Shown: one piece after another, positions 1 through 7,977 of the stretch | Layout: each line of letters opens with the position of its first letter | How positions within the stretch are numbered: the first letter of the stretch is position 1 | IMG/VR virus record: IMGVR_UViG_3300044297_000069 | Span: 1-25,454 of that record | Origin: a virus | Lineage: Duplodnaviria > Caudoviricetes | Strand: one strand, 5' to 3' | Length of the DNA: 25,454 bases | Position numbers and translations under genes: made by a program | Notes under the pieces: generated by a model | What the model was told of the DNA's origin: nothing | The model's input: only the letters and a program-made list of their open reading frames with translations | Databases searched by the model: none

Positions 1-266
1 TCTTTATGTACAGATTTTGGAACTGCTCTGTGAATCCAAACTTTTTCATCAGGTTTATCTTTCATTCTTTGCATTTTATTGAATGCTTCATGATCATAAT
101 CATTGCCTTGATCACCATATTGTCTAAAACCGTCATGTGAATAAACATCTTTTGGATATATGCCATTAGCAGTTACATCATGACCTGGTGCGCCTGATGA
201 TTTATCTGGTGATTCATGTTGACCCCTATAATCTTCTTCTTTGATAAACTGCTTAAATGTCTTCAT
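1..266 (-). CDS. Partial small protein with MKTFKQF leader (putative internal head protein), runs off window edge
   Basis: Not in the ORF track. Read by hand from ATG at 266: MKTFKQFIKEEDYRGQHESPDKSSGAPGHDVTANGIYPKDVYSHDGFRQYGDQGNDYDHEAFNKMQRMKDKPDEKVWIHRAVPKSVHK, open to base 1. Overlaps the upstream stop as ATGA. Confidence 0.85.
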   Translation of the reverse strand, partial: MKTFKQFIKEEDYRGQHESPDKSSGAPGHDVTANGIYPKDVYSHDGFRQYGDQGNDYDHEAFNKMQRMKDKPDEKVWIHRAVPKSVHK

Positions 267-490
267 TTCTTTTTTTCAATCTTTTTAAGTTTCTTGTAGT
301 AGTCAGGATCTTCTCCGAGATGGGCTAATGCTATTCTACGAGCAACTGCCAATTTTGTCGTATGTTCATGTTCTACTTTGATACCTTTCTGAAGCTGTTT
401 CTCAATATAATCTTTATCTACATCATGCTTCTTAGCCAATGCAGAGACAGTAAGTACTCGTTTATTGAGAAACAGCTTAAAGGTTTTCAT
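263..490 (-). CDS. DUF5661-like small protein with MKTFK leader
   Basis: Motif QLxKGIxVExEHT...A.RIALAHL.EDPDYY.KL recalled as DUF5661-type; ATGA overlaps at both ends. Confidence 0.7.
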   Translation of the reverse strand: MKTFKLFLNKRVLTVSALAKKHDVDKDYIEKQLQKGIKVEHEHTTKLAVARRIALAHLGEDPDYYKKLKKIEKKK

Positions 491-876
491 TTATGAGGAC
501 TTTCATATCCTGTTTCCTCTTCAGATGATTCTGGTGTCATCGGTTTCATATTATAATGTTTAGCAATTTCTGGGAAATGATGATGTAAAACATCTAAATG
601 TTCAGCAACTTTCTTTGGATCTTTTTCTATTTCTTTGACAGTCCAATGTTTTTCAACACCATGCTTTTCCCAAAAATTTCCAGGTATTGATTTCGGTGGT
701 TCGCCGTCTCCAAAATCATGATGACCAATTCTTTTAAAATTATCAAATTGTCTTTTAGCTTCTCCAGGAAAATCGGCAATTTCTCCTGGATGATTTAATG
801 CAGGTGGTTTATCTGATTTTTCCAAATGTTTATGAAAATCATATGTTTCTAACATAAACTGCTTAAAGGTTTTCAT
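487..876 (-). CDS. His-rich hypothetical protein with MKTFKQFMLE leader (putative internal head protein)
   Basis: 129 aa ORF, ATGA coupled to gp16; N-terminus resembles the T4 capsid targeting sequence. Confidence 0.65.
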   Translation of the reverse strand: MKTFKQFMLETYDFHKHLEKSDKPPALNHPGEIADFPGEAKRQFDNFKRIGHHDFGDGEPPKSIPGNFWEKHGVEKHWTVKEIEKDPKKVAEHLDVLHHHFPEIAKHYNMKPMTPESSEEETGYESPHK

Positions 877-1298
877 TTACTTTCCTCTTTAACTTGTCTA
901 AGCAAATCTGCTGTTGTTCCTACGAAAACTGCACGTTCAACCGCTATGGCACCTTCTGGTTGTGCTGGTTTACCTCGTATTTCTTTTAAGTCTTTTGTTT
1001 TCTTTTGCAGATCGTATAAGTCTTTGGTCACATCAGCAATTGTCTTAATCATTGTAGCAAAGACTTCATAAGTTCTTGGATGTTCACTTTGTCTAGCAAG
1101 TTCTTGCATATCATCAATAGCAACATTACCTTTTCTGATTAACTCACGAAAAGTGTTTCTGCTTAGTTGATAATCTGATTCTTGATCTGGTAAATCTACA
1201 GGCACCAGCTCAGTTTTTTCTTCTGGTGTAAGAATTTCAACTTTATTTTCTATACCTAATGCTTGTGATAACGAATCGCCTGTTTTGCTCATAATCAT
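873..1298 (-). CDS. gp16: Terminase small subunit, T4 gp16-like
   Basis: DYQLSR...LA.QSEHPRTYEV and VFVGTTADL motifs; position after gp15. Confidence 0.9.
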   Translation of the reverse strand: MIMSKTGDSLSQALGIENKVEILTPEEKTELVPVDLPDQESDYQLSRNTFRELIRKGNVAIDDMQELARQSEHPRTYEVFATMIKTIADVTKDLYDLQKKTKDLKEIRGKPAQPEGAIAVERAVFVGTTADLLRQVKEESK

Positions 1299-2305
1299 TC
1301 CTCAATATTTGGAAACTCTTGAATTGTCGTAGTGTACCCAAAATCATCGCCTGGTTCAGCAGTCGTTGGATTTGGTTCAACCACAATCTTAGCCAACTTG
1401 AGTGGTGTTGCATCAAAGCTGACAAGAGTATAAGCAGCATTCGTTGATACGGCTTTGATTGGTCCGCCTGCTTTCCAGTTGCCTTGTGTACCACCAATAA
1501 CAAGCTTTTTGCTACCGGCACTCCATTCGGTCACCCTACCATATGCTGTGGCTGTGTCGTAATTTGCACCTTGATATACAGTATCTAGCATTTGGAATGT
1601 GCCATTATTACCAATATCAGTATTTATTCTGATGACATTACCAATAACAAGAGATGGATCATTGAAGATATTAGCAATAGACTTGCGAATAATCTTGGGT
1701 GTTGAAATTGGACCAAAGAAATAACCTTTGATTGTAAAGTTGAATGTCCAGTTAACAAATCTTACTGTGTCAAAACCGCCTTCATATGATATGTTGTTTG
1801 TGACATTATTGAGTATGATTGGTATATCTTTTAGGAACCCAAGTTCTTGAACTGGTGTCATAGTCAATGTATAATCAGGATTGAAGTATGGCATAATCTG
1901 TTCGGCTATATGATTACCATCATCAATAGTTTTAGCATATACATTCAATTCAAAGTTTATATCATATGGCACGCCCATATATTGTGAAGACACACGGGAT
2001 GCATTATCACCCTTAGCCATTCTGAGAAGTGAATTTTGTTTTCTGCTGGCATCATAGTTTATACCAGTTATTTCAAAAGACATTCTCGGTAATATGTTTT
2101 GAAGTTCACGTAGCAGATCAGGATCAGACTCAAGCCTAGTGACAAAATGATCTTTGGGACCATATACAATAGGTACTTTCCATCTCTTTATCTCTGTGTT
2201 ACTATCTTTTTCTGTTCGTACAAGAGCTATATTATTGAATATCGTTCCAAATATTATAACATACTTGCGCAACAGTTTATAGTAAAAGTGCTGATCCGAT
2301 AGCAT
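1295..2305 (-). CDS. gp15: Tail sheath stabiliser/terminator, T4 gp15-like
   Basis: FY...RKYVI.FG.IFNNI, KVPI.YGPK, LPRMSFEI, VPYDI.FEL, EQI.PYF.P motifs; gp13-14-15-16 synteny. Confidence 0.93.
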   Translation of the reverse strand: MLSDQHFYYKLLRKYVIIFGTIFNNIALVRTEKDSNTEIKRWKVPIVYGPKDHFVTRLESDPDLLRELQNILPRMSFEITGINYDASRKQNSLLRMAKGDNASRVSSQYMGVPYDINFELNVYAKTIDDGNHIAEQIMPYFNPDYTLTMTPVQELGFLKDIPIILNNVTNNISYEGGFDTVRFVNWTFNFTIKGYFFGPISTPKIIRKSIANIFNDPSLVIGNVIRINTDIGNNGTFQMLDTVYQGANYDTATAYGRVTEWSAGSKKLVIGGTQGNWKAGGPIKAVSTNAAYTLVSFDATPLKLAKIVVEPNPTTAEPGDDFGYTTTIQEFPNIEE

Positions 2306-3177
2306 TATGGTGTTCCAAACGGATTTCGTTCTGAGAAGTCAATGTAAGTATTGGCTTCCGTTTCTATTACTTTGTTATCAAACAGATCATAATAAGCTGG
2401 TCCACTAAACTTGTCGGTAGACATTATGGTCATTGTCACATTTGAATCTATACCTTTGATTGGTGTGTTGTTAGCAAATGTGCCTTTGATTGTATTGATT
2501 GTAATAATCTTGAGATTTGGATCCCAATTAGCTACTTTAGCTGTAGCTGTAGCATATGTGAGATTGCTGCCTTGATATACAGTTTCACCCATTCTATAGT
2601 TACCAGAACCAGAAACATTAAACTGTAGATTAAAGACATAGTTGTCTGGAATCTGATCAATATCGTCGATACCTGTATTCATGTTTTCATTAGCATATCT
2701 GAAGTTTTCACAACGCAATTCGTAAATATATGGATATTTTCTACCAAGTGTGAAGAATAGCAATTCATCTTCGACGAACTTGATTTCCAATACCTTGTTC
2801 ATAGCAGGAACAAAAAGTAGATCGCCCTCTCGTGGTCTTATAGCAATCGATGAAGGAATATATCTTTCAAATGTCTTCTTAGCTATAACAATGTTTGTAT
2901 TTTCGTGAATTTCGAGACCAAACTTAGAGAAGAAATCGCCATCACCCTCATAACCCTCAACATTAGCAATATACATTTCCATTTGATAAGCACGATCAAA
3001 CTTTGATTGAATGTTCTCACCGAAGATTTGATCTGTAGTATCCCAAGATTCACGAGGCATATAGTATACATCGTGCCCCATTATTTTTATTGACTCTACG
3101 ATAACATCTTCATAGAGTCTTTGTTCGTTTGTTTTATATTTGGGTGAATATGAATTAAAATAATGGGAAGTTGCCAT
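2305..3177 (-). CDS. gp14: Neck protein, T4 gp14-like
   Basis: EQRL.ED.I.ESIKI.G.DVYY.PR, FSKFGLEI, RPREGDL, EIKFVE, YELRCE.F.Y motifs. Confidence 0.93.
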   Translation of the reverse strand: MATSHYFNSYSPKYKTNEQRLYEDVIVESIKIMGHDVYYMPRESWDTTDQIFGENIQSKFDRAYQMEMYIANVEGYEGDGDFFSKFGLEIHENTNIVIAKKTFERYIPSSIAIRPREGDLLFVPAMNKVLEIKFVEDELLFFTLGRKYPYIYELRCENFRYANENMNTGIDDIDQIPDNYVFNLQFNVSGSGNYRMGETVYQGSNLTYATATAKVANWDPNLKIITINTIKGTFANNTPIKGIDSNVTMTIMSTDKFSGPAYYDLFDNKVIETEANTYIDFSERNPFGTP

Positions 3178-3180
3178 GTT

Positions 3181-3924
3181 TTACCCCAAGATAAACTGCG
3201 GCGGCCCTTCGTGGGTAGCCCTGATCAGTTGCTCTAAGTCTTGAATTTCTTGGACAGCTTCGTTATAAATTTGTTGCCCATTCATAGTAATACCACCAGG
3301 TAGCTGCATACCTTGGAACTTCTTCATATTGTTACCCCACTGCTTTTTGATATAAGCAGTAGCCAGTTTCTTCAACATTCTGTCATTATACACTTTTGTA
3401 TACGCATCTGGATCGATGATAATAAATCCTTCCACAACAATAAATTCGTTGGTATCGACCTTTGTTTGCCAATCCCAATCAATGAATAACTTATTAGTAT
3501 GTCTGTTGAAACGAATTGGTGTTTCTCCAGAGAATAATAGATCAAGCGTTCTGATATGTTGTTGAGTCAAAGCATAGTTGACATATGACGTAGATGTGAA
3601 ATCATATAATTCATGAAGTCTTAGTTGGTATCTCAAGTCAAACATATTGACTGTAGCATTGGTAGAACCAAAAGGAAATACTCTGGTAATACCAATGATA
3701 TTATCTGGAACTGTAATAAATCTATTTGCTATGTCTTCGTCTGTAATTTGATGCTTAAAATACCATCTTTCTACACCATCAACATGGAAGTCTCTGTAAT
3801 ATTGGAAAGCAAGGTCTATAGCATCTTCAACTTGTTCATCATCTACATTTATTTCAAGTACAGGAAAGCCGAGTTGGCGAAGACACCAATCTTTTAGTTG
3901 CTCTCTTGATGATGGATTTGACAT
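3181..3924 (-). CDS. gp13: Neck protein, T4 gp13-like
   Basis: P.SR..LK.WCLR.LG.PV.EINV...Q.ED, K.QWG.N..KF.G.QLPGG.T.NG motifs. Confidence 0.95.
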   Translation of the reverse strand: MSNPSSREQLKDWCLRQLGFPVLEINVDDEQVEDAIDLAFQYYRDFHVDGVERWYFKHQITDEDIANRFITVPDNIIGITRVFPFGSTNATVNMFDLRYQLRLHELYDFTSTSYVNYALTQQHIRTLDLLFSGETPIRFNRHTNKLFIDWDWQTKVDTNEFIVVEGFIIIDPDAYTKVYNDRMLKKLATAYIKKQWGNNMKKFQGMQLPGGITMNGQQIYNEAVQEIQDLEQLIRATHEGPPQFILG

Positions 3925-3942
3925 TTAATACCTTTTTTATTT

Positions 3943-3950
3943 TATTTATT
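3943..3950 (-). promoter_or_regulatory. Late promoter variant AATAAATA upstream of gp13
   Basis: NATAAATA ~20 bp upstream of the 3924 start, with an AAAGGT RBS; region is very AT-rich so a chance match is possible. Confidence 0.5.
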
Positions 3951-4692
3951 ATACTACAACGTCTATTGAAGCAACTCTAGTATATTTACCAATTCCTGCA
4001 TCTATTGTTACTTTTTCACCTTTTGATAAACCAAGAGGAATGAACTTAAATGTGCCTTTACCACTTTTGACATCAAATTTGGTATGTGAAATATAGCCTT
4101 TATTGGTTCTGGCTGTTGCTTCAAAATCAACATGCTGTTCAACAGAATTTAAATCTCTATATGTGAATTGTAATGTTGTTCCTGAACTATCTGAATCAAC
4201 TACCTCAAGGAGACATTTAGGAAGAACTGAATATGGTAAATAAGGACCTTCATAATCGGGAATATAAGGTATAATTTTTCCTGAATTGTCTGTTGTTGTC
4301 ACTTCAATAGGCACAAAATCATCTTGTTTCAATACCACAAGAAGAGCTTCTTTAAAGTTTTTAGTTTCTGGAAAAAACATAACACTAACAGGCATATCTA
4401 ATGCAGGATGTAGATGATTTAAATATTTGTATTTTGAATTATAACTTTGTGTAAACGAGTCAAATGAATTTGCTGGTTGAGATTTAAAATAATCACCAGC
4501 GTCTGTTTTTACTCCAATTTTAAAAAAATTAGTTAGGGGAAAAACAATATTACAGAATGGTCTAAAATCGTTTCTAGTTTTCAATTCGTTCAAATAATAT
4601 ACTTTATTATTGAATGTGAATTCATTTTCAGTCACATGAATTTTAATTTCAGCATTTGATTTTTGTTTTATTTCTGTTAGTAGTTTATACAT
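3949..4692 (-). CDS. Hypothetical protein, beta-rich C-terminal domain; partner of the radical SAM gene
   Basis: 247 aa ORF overlapping the radical SAM stop by 8 bp; C-terminal ~90 aa shows alternating beta-strand pattern (GYISHTKFDV.SGKGTFKFIPLGL..GEKVTI.AG). Confidence 0.75.
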   Translation of the reverse strand: MYKLLTEIKQKSNAEIKIHVTENEFTFNNKVYYLNELKTRNDFRPFCNIVFPLTNFFKIGVKTDAGDYFKSQPANSFDSFTQSYNSKYKYLNHLHPALDMPVSVMFFPETKNFKEALLVVLKQDDFVPIEVTTTDNSGKIIPYIPDYEGPYLPYSVLPKCLLEVVDSDSSGTTLQFTYRDLNSVEQHVDFEATARTNKGYISHTKFDVKSGKGTFKFIPLGLSKGEKVTIDAGIGKYTRVASIDVVV

Positions 4693-6025
4693 TAGTGAAT
4701 CCCCATATATTCATTCGTTCTTCTGGTAAATTATAATTGATTGCTTCTATTCTATAAGGCAGCCATCCAGTTAAAATTTCAATTGCGACAGCAAAAAATG
4801 AAATATGATCTGAATATGCATTATCGCAGCTTTTCTTGAATAAATCTTTTTGTAAAAACATACAAGATCCTTTACAAGCCTGAAGAACTGGACAATTAAC
4901 ACATTCTTCTCTGAATGACCAATGAGTTGCTGTATGTAATTTAATTTTATCCATATTAGAAACATGACCAATTAAATGCGATCTTCCATTTGGTGCGGTA
5001 GAAACAGCAGATACATTTTGACAGGTCAACACATTTCCTCGTAAATCTACTGATATAGTATCTTCTCTATCCATACCACATTTTTGACCAAGAATTTCAG
5101 CGCTTCTTTGTGTAAGAATAGATTCAAACCATTCATTCATTCTTTTATTAACAACATTAAATTTATGATTTTTACCTTGTCTTATTTGATGAGTAGTTAA
5201 TTTTCTTAGAGTTAGATGTTCATTATGAGCAGACAATGAGGTTTCAATTCCGCCTTCGTCGTAAGCATCGATAAATCCACCTTCACCGATAGAAAATTTA
5301 TCAGTTTCTAATAGGTTTTGAAAAAATTGTTGTATTTTTTCTCTATCCATATTATGTTTATTTATCATAGAATTAAAAGAAACTTTATCTGGTCTTCTTT
5401 TGAATAACTCTAATATGATCTTTTTTTGTTCAGGATCGTCTAATGGATCTGGACCTCTGACAAATTGACCTGGACCATCATGTGAAATACCAACACTTAT
5501 GTCTAACTTTTCTATCCAATCGATTATTTCTTCTGTAAGAATAGAACCATTGGTTATTATAAGAAATTTGGCTTTCGGAAATTTTTCCCTTAATTGTTCT
5601 GCTAATGGTTTTAAAGTTTTCCAATATACAAATGGTTCGCCGCCCCAAAATTCAATAGTTTGAGGTTCTGATTTACACCAAGTGTCGATATTTGATAAGA
5701 ATTTTTCAACATAAGTGTTATTAGTTTCAGGGGCATTAGGAACAAATCTTTGAGAACAATAAGTGCATGAATAATTACAAGAAAGACCTAATTGAATTTT
5801 AAGGTTTCGTATAGATGTAGATTTTTTAGCTGGCGTTTGTTCCGATGTCTTAAATGCTTGGTAATTGCATTTATGTAATTTATCGTCAGCATATTTCACA
5901 GGCATTCCATCAAAATTTAATAATTCTGATGTCATATTATCATATATCAGCTTACCTTTTTCAATATCTACAATTTGACCATCTTTGATTATTGGTCTTG
6001 TACATGATAATTCAAATTTCATCAT
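4685..6025 (-). CDS. Radical SAM enzyme with SPASM domain (peptide/protein maturase type)
   Basis: CNYSCTYC (CxxxCxxC), FWGGEP, ITNG, ISHDG; SPASM cysteines CG...GNVLTC and CVNCPVLQACKGSC...SC; AAGGAG RBS just upstream. Confidence 0.95.
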   Translation of the reverse strand: MMKFELSCTRPIIKDGQIVDIEKGKLIYDNMTSELLNFDGMPVKYADDKLHKCNYQAFKTSEQTPAKKSTSIRNLKIQLGLSCNYSCTYCSQRFVPNAPETNNTYVEKFLSNIDTWCKSEPQTIEFWGGEPFVYWKTLKPLAEQLREKFPKAKFLIITNGSILTEEIIDWIEKLDISVGISHDGPGQFVRGPDPLDDPEQKKIILELFKRRPDKVSFNSMINKHNMDREKIQQFFQNLLETDKFSIGEGGFIDAYDEGGIETSLSAHNEHLTLRKLTTHQIRQGKNHKFNVVNKRMNEWFESILTQRSAEILGQKCGMDREDTISVDLRGNVLTCQNVSAVSTAPNGRSHLIGHVSNMDKIKLHTATHWSFREECVNCPVLQACKGSCMFLQKDLFKKSCDNAYSDHISFFAVAIEILTGWLPYRIEAINYNLPEERMNIWGFTNV

Positions 6026-6033
6026 AACTCCTT

Positions 6034-6279
6034 TTATGTGCCATTACAAGCACAAGCACAATCACAAACACAATCGCAAGCACAGGCGCCACCAGTTCCG
6101 TAAAAATTTGCAAAAGATATTGTGCCTGAAGGAAAATAATATATGGTTCCATTTACAGGAGCAGAATAATAATAATTCCCTCTGTAACTATTCAGATTAT
6201 AAAAATAACCGCCATATAATGTATAAAATTCGGCGGCAATTTGTGCCATAGTAATTGTTCCAGAAGATTGTAATGTCAT
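6034..6279 (-). CDS. Small tail-fibre-tip-like protein with C-terminal (Cys-X)7 tract; candidate radical SAM substrate
   Basis: N-terminal MTLQSSGTITMAQIAAEF...PSGTISFANFYG resembles the module often found in genes following S74-chaperone fibres; ends GGACACDCVCDCACACNGT; ATGA overlap with the fibre stop. Confidence 0.8.
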   Translation of the reverse strand: MTLQSSGTITMAQIAAEFYTLYGGYFYNLNSYRGNYYYSAPVNGTIYYFPSGTISFANFYGTGGACACDCVCDCACACNGT

Positions 6280-7484
6280 TGATTTAATTTATCCTCTATC
6301 GCACTCAATCTTTCGTCAAGTTTTTTGATTGCTTCAATGAGAACTGGAATAATTTTATCTGGCAATACTGTCAAATAATTTTCGCCAGATTTGGATATCG
6401 GTTTACCATCAACAAAATCGGTATCAAATGGTGCTGGAGCTACAGCTTGTGGTATGACTTGTTGTATTTCTTGAGCTAGAACACCAATTTGTGTTTCTTC
6501 TGAATCATATCCATATTGTCTGGCGATTTCATTTTGTTTGTAATATACACCAGAAATTCTCTTGATCAATTCTAGTGAGTTTGGAATAATAACAATATCT
6601 TTTTTAAGTCGTTTATCAGAGTAATATGCGGTCACATTACCGGCTGCATAGAAATTTCCACTAAAATATCCATCTCCGGCACCATAGAATGCCCATGCAT
6701 TAGAATATCCTAAAATACCATAAACAGAACCATTCTGTGAATATCCAACGATACCACCAAGACCTGTTGTCGTTGTTTGCCCTCTAACAGAATAGCCAGA
6801 TCCGATGAAAGTTGAGTTTCCACTAAGCACATTAACATTTGATGTGACTGTTAATGCTCCTGCAAATGTTCCTGTTGCATTGGCTAGTGCTGCATTAGCT
6901 TTAGCGAAGGCTGCAATACCAACACTATTTGCACCAGCACCTACTGCGGTATTGGCACCATTTTGAATTGCTATTTGATAATTATTAGCACCAGTGCCGA
7001 CAGAAGCCGCATAAGCATTTGCTCCTGCACCAACGGCAGAATTAGCACCCGCAATCACAGTTAACAGATAATTGTTGGCTCCTGTTCCGACTGCTGTGTT
7101 AGCGCCCGCAATCACAGTTAACAGATAATTATTAGCACCAGTGCCGACAGAGGCTGCATAAGCATTTGCTCCTGAACCAGCCAAAGAAGCATAAGCGTTG
7201 GCGCCAGCTCCAACTGCTGTGTTGGCTCCTGTAATTACTGATATTAAATAAGCATTGGCGTTGATACCAACATTATATGCTAGAAGATTTGCAGAATTCG
7301 CTTTGTCAAAAGATGCTTTTGTATTGGCATCAACAAGAGATACATAACTGTATGCAGCATTCGCTTTATCATAACTTCCTGGTATAGAGGGTTCACTATC
7401 GTTTGTCTTGACGATCAACTGATTGAACCTAATTCTCCATTCATCGAATGTATTGGTTAATGATACGTTTGCCAATGCTACCAT
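6276..7484 (-). CDS. Tail fibre protein with C-terminal intramolecular chaperone (peptidase S74-like)
   Basis: N-terminal TNTFDEWR..FN anchor; GAN repeat stalk; AYYSDKRLKKDI autocleavage motif, IGVLAQEIQ.V.P.AV, IPVLIEAIK.L coiled coil. Confidence 0.9.
   Translation of the reverse strand: MVALANVSLTNTFDEWRIRFNQLIVKTNDSEPSIPGSYDKANAAYSYVSLVDANTKASFDKANSANLLAYNVGINANAYLISVITGANTAVGAGANAYASLAGSGANAYAASVGTGANNYLLTVIAGANTAVGTGANNYLLTVIAGANSAVGAGANAYAASVGTGANNYQIAIQNGANTAVGAGANSVGIAAFAKANAALANATGTFAGALTVTSNVNVLSGNSTFIGSGYSVRGQTTTTGLGGIVGYSQNGSVYGILGYSNAWAFYGAGDGYFSGNFYAAGNVTAYYSDKRLKKDIVIIPNSLELIKRISGVYYKQNEIARQYGYDSEETQIGVLAQEIQQVIPQAVAPAPFDTDFVDGKPISKSGENYLTVLPDKIIPVLIEAIKKLDERLSAIEDKLNQ
6950..7235. 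repeat. Coding tandem repeats (GAN units spaced 8 and 11 aa) in fibre stalk
   Basis: gcaatcacagttaacagataat occurs twice 57 bp apart (~7051, ~7108); attattagcaccagtgccgacaga occurs twice (~6981, ~7128). Confidence 0.8.
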
Positions 7485-7514
7485 TTTAGATTATACCTCT
7501 TGAGAGTTTCTTTT

Positions 7515-7522
7515 TATTTATA
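7515..7522 (-). promoter_or_regulatory. T4-type late promoter TATAAATA
   Basis: Exact consensus in the intergenic gap ~30 bp upstream of the 7484 start, followed by an AGAGGT RBS. Confidence 0.8.
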
Positions 7523-7523
7523 T

Positions 7524-7970
7524 TTATGTTTTTGGATACTTATTTTTAACATCCTGTATCATTTGAGCAATTTCCGAAAGAGATGGTGAAGCATTTGGAT
7601 TAATTATAGCACCAATTTGATCGCCTATAGAAGGATATTCCTTTCTTCTCATAGCATAATAATCAGGAATATCAGGCTTAACAATTTCTTCTTTTTGAAT
7701 AGGCACAGTTTGTTGGTCCATCATATGTAGAGGACCTTCAATTGTTCTTGTCTTTGGTTCTAAAGCATTCCATATAGCTTCTTTATCATCTATTTGTTTT
7801 AATATCCTAGCAGTATTGTCGATGATAAATTGTGATATATCTGTTCCTGGTGGTATATAAATTTGCCAATCATATTGGTTACCATTGTGTTCTACATCCA
7901 ACAATAGTAAATCTCTTGTTTCTTCTCCACCTGGAGTAAATATACCTTTACAATTAATAGTTGACATCAT
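7524..7970 (-). CDS. Tail fibre assembly/chaperone-like protein
   Basis: C-terminal Y...RRKEYPSIGDQI...IQDVKNKYPK motif typical of small fibre-associated phage proteins. Confidence 0.6.
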   Translation of the reverse strand: MMSTINCKGIFTPGGEETRDLLLLDVEHNGNQYDWQIYIPPGTDISQFIIDNTARILKQIDDKEAIWNALEPKTRTIEGPLHMMDQQTVPIQKEEIVKPDIPDYYAMRRKEYPSIGDQIGAIINPNASPSLSEIAQMIQDVKNKYPKT

Positions 7971-7977
7971 TCGCTCC

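Noticed and set aside
1243-1521. Alternative-frame minus ORFs (1243, 2883, 4771, 14635, 17260)
   Set aside because: Nested in conserved genes, no RBS or protein-like features
4685-6025. Radical SAM as anaerobic sulfatase maturase, NrdG or QueE
   Set aside because: No sulfatase, NrdD or queuosine genes nearby; length and SPASM domain do not fit NrdG or QueE; an adjacent Cys-rich ORF is a better substrate candidate
5985-6251. Plus-strand His/Lys-rich 88 aa ORF (HKHKHNHKHN)
   Set aside because: Antisense shadow of the Cys-X codon repeat; the minus-strand ORF has coupling and a recognisable module
7497-7506. Short inverted repeat ctcttgagag as a terminator
   Set aside because: Stem is only 4 bp, overlaps the RBS and has no U-tract on the coding strand
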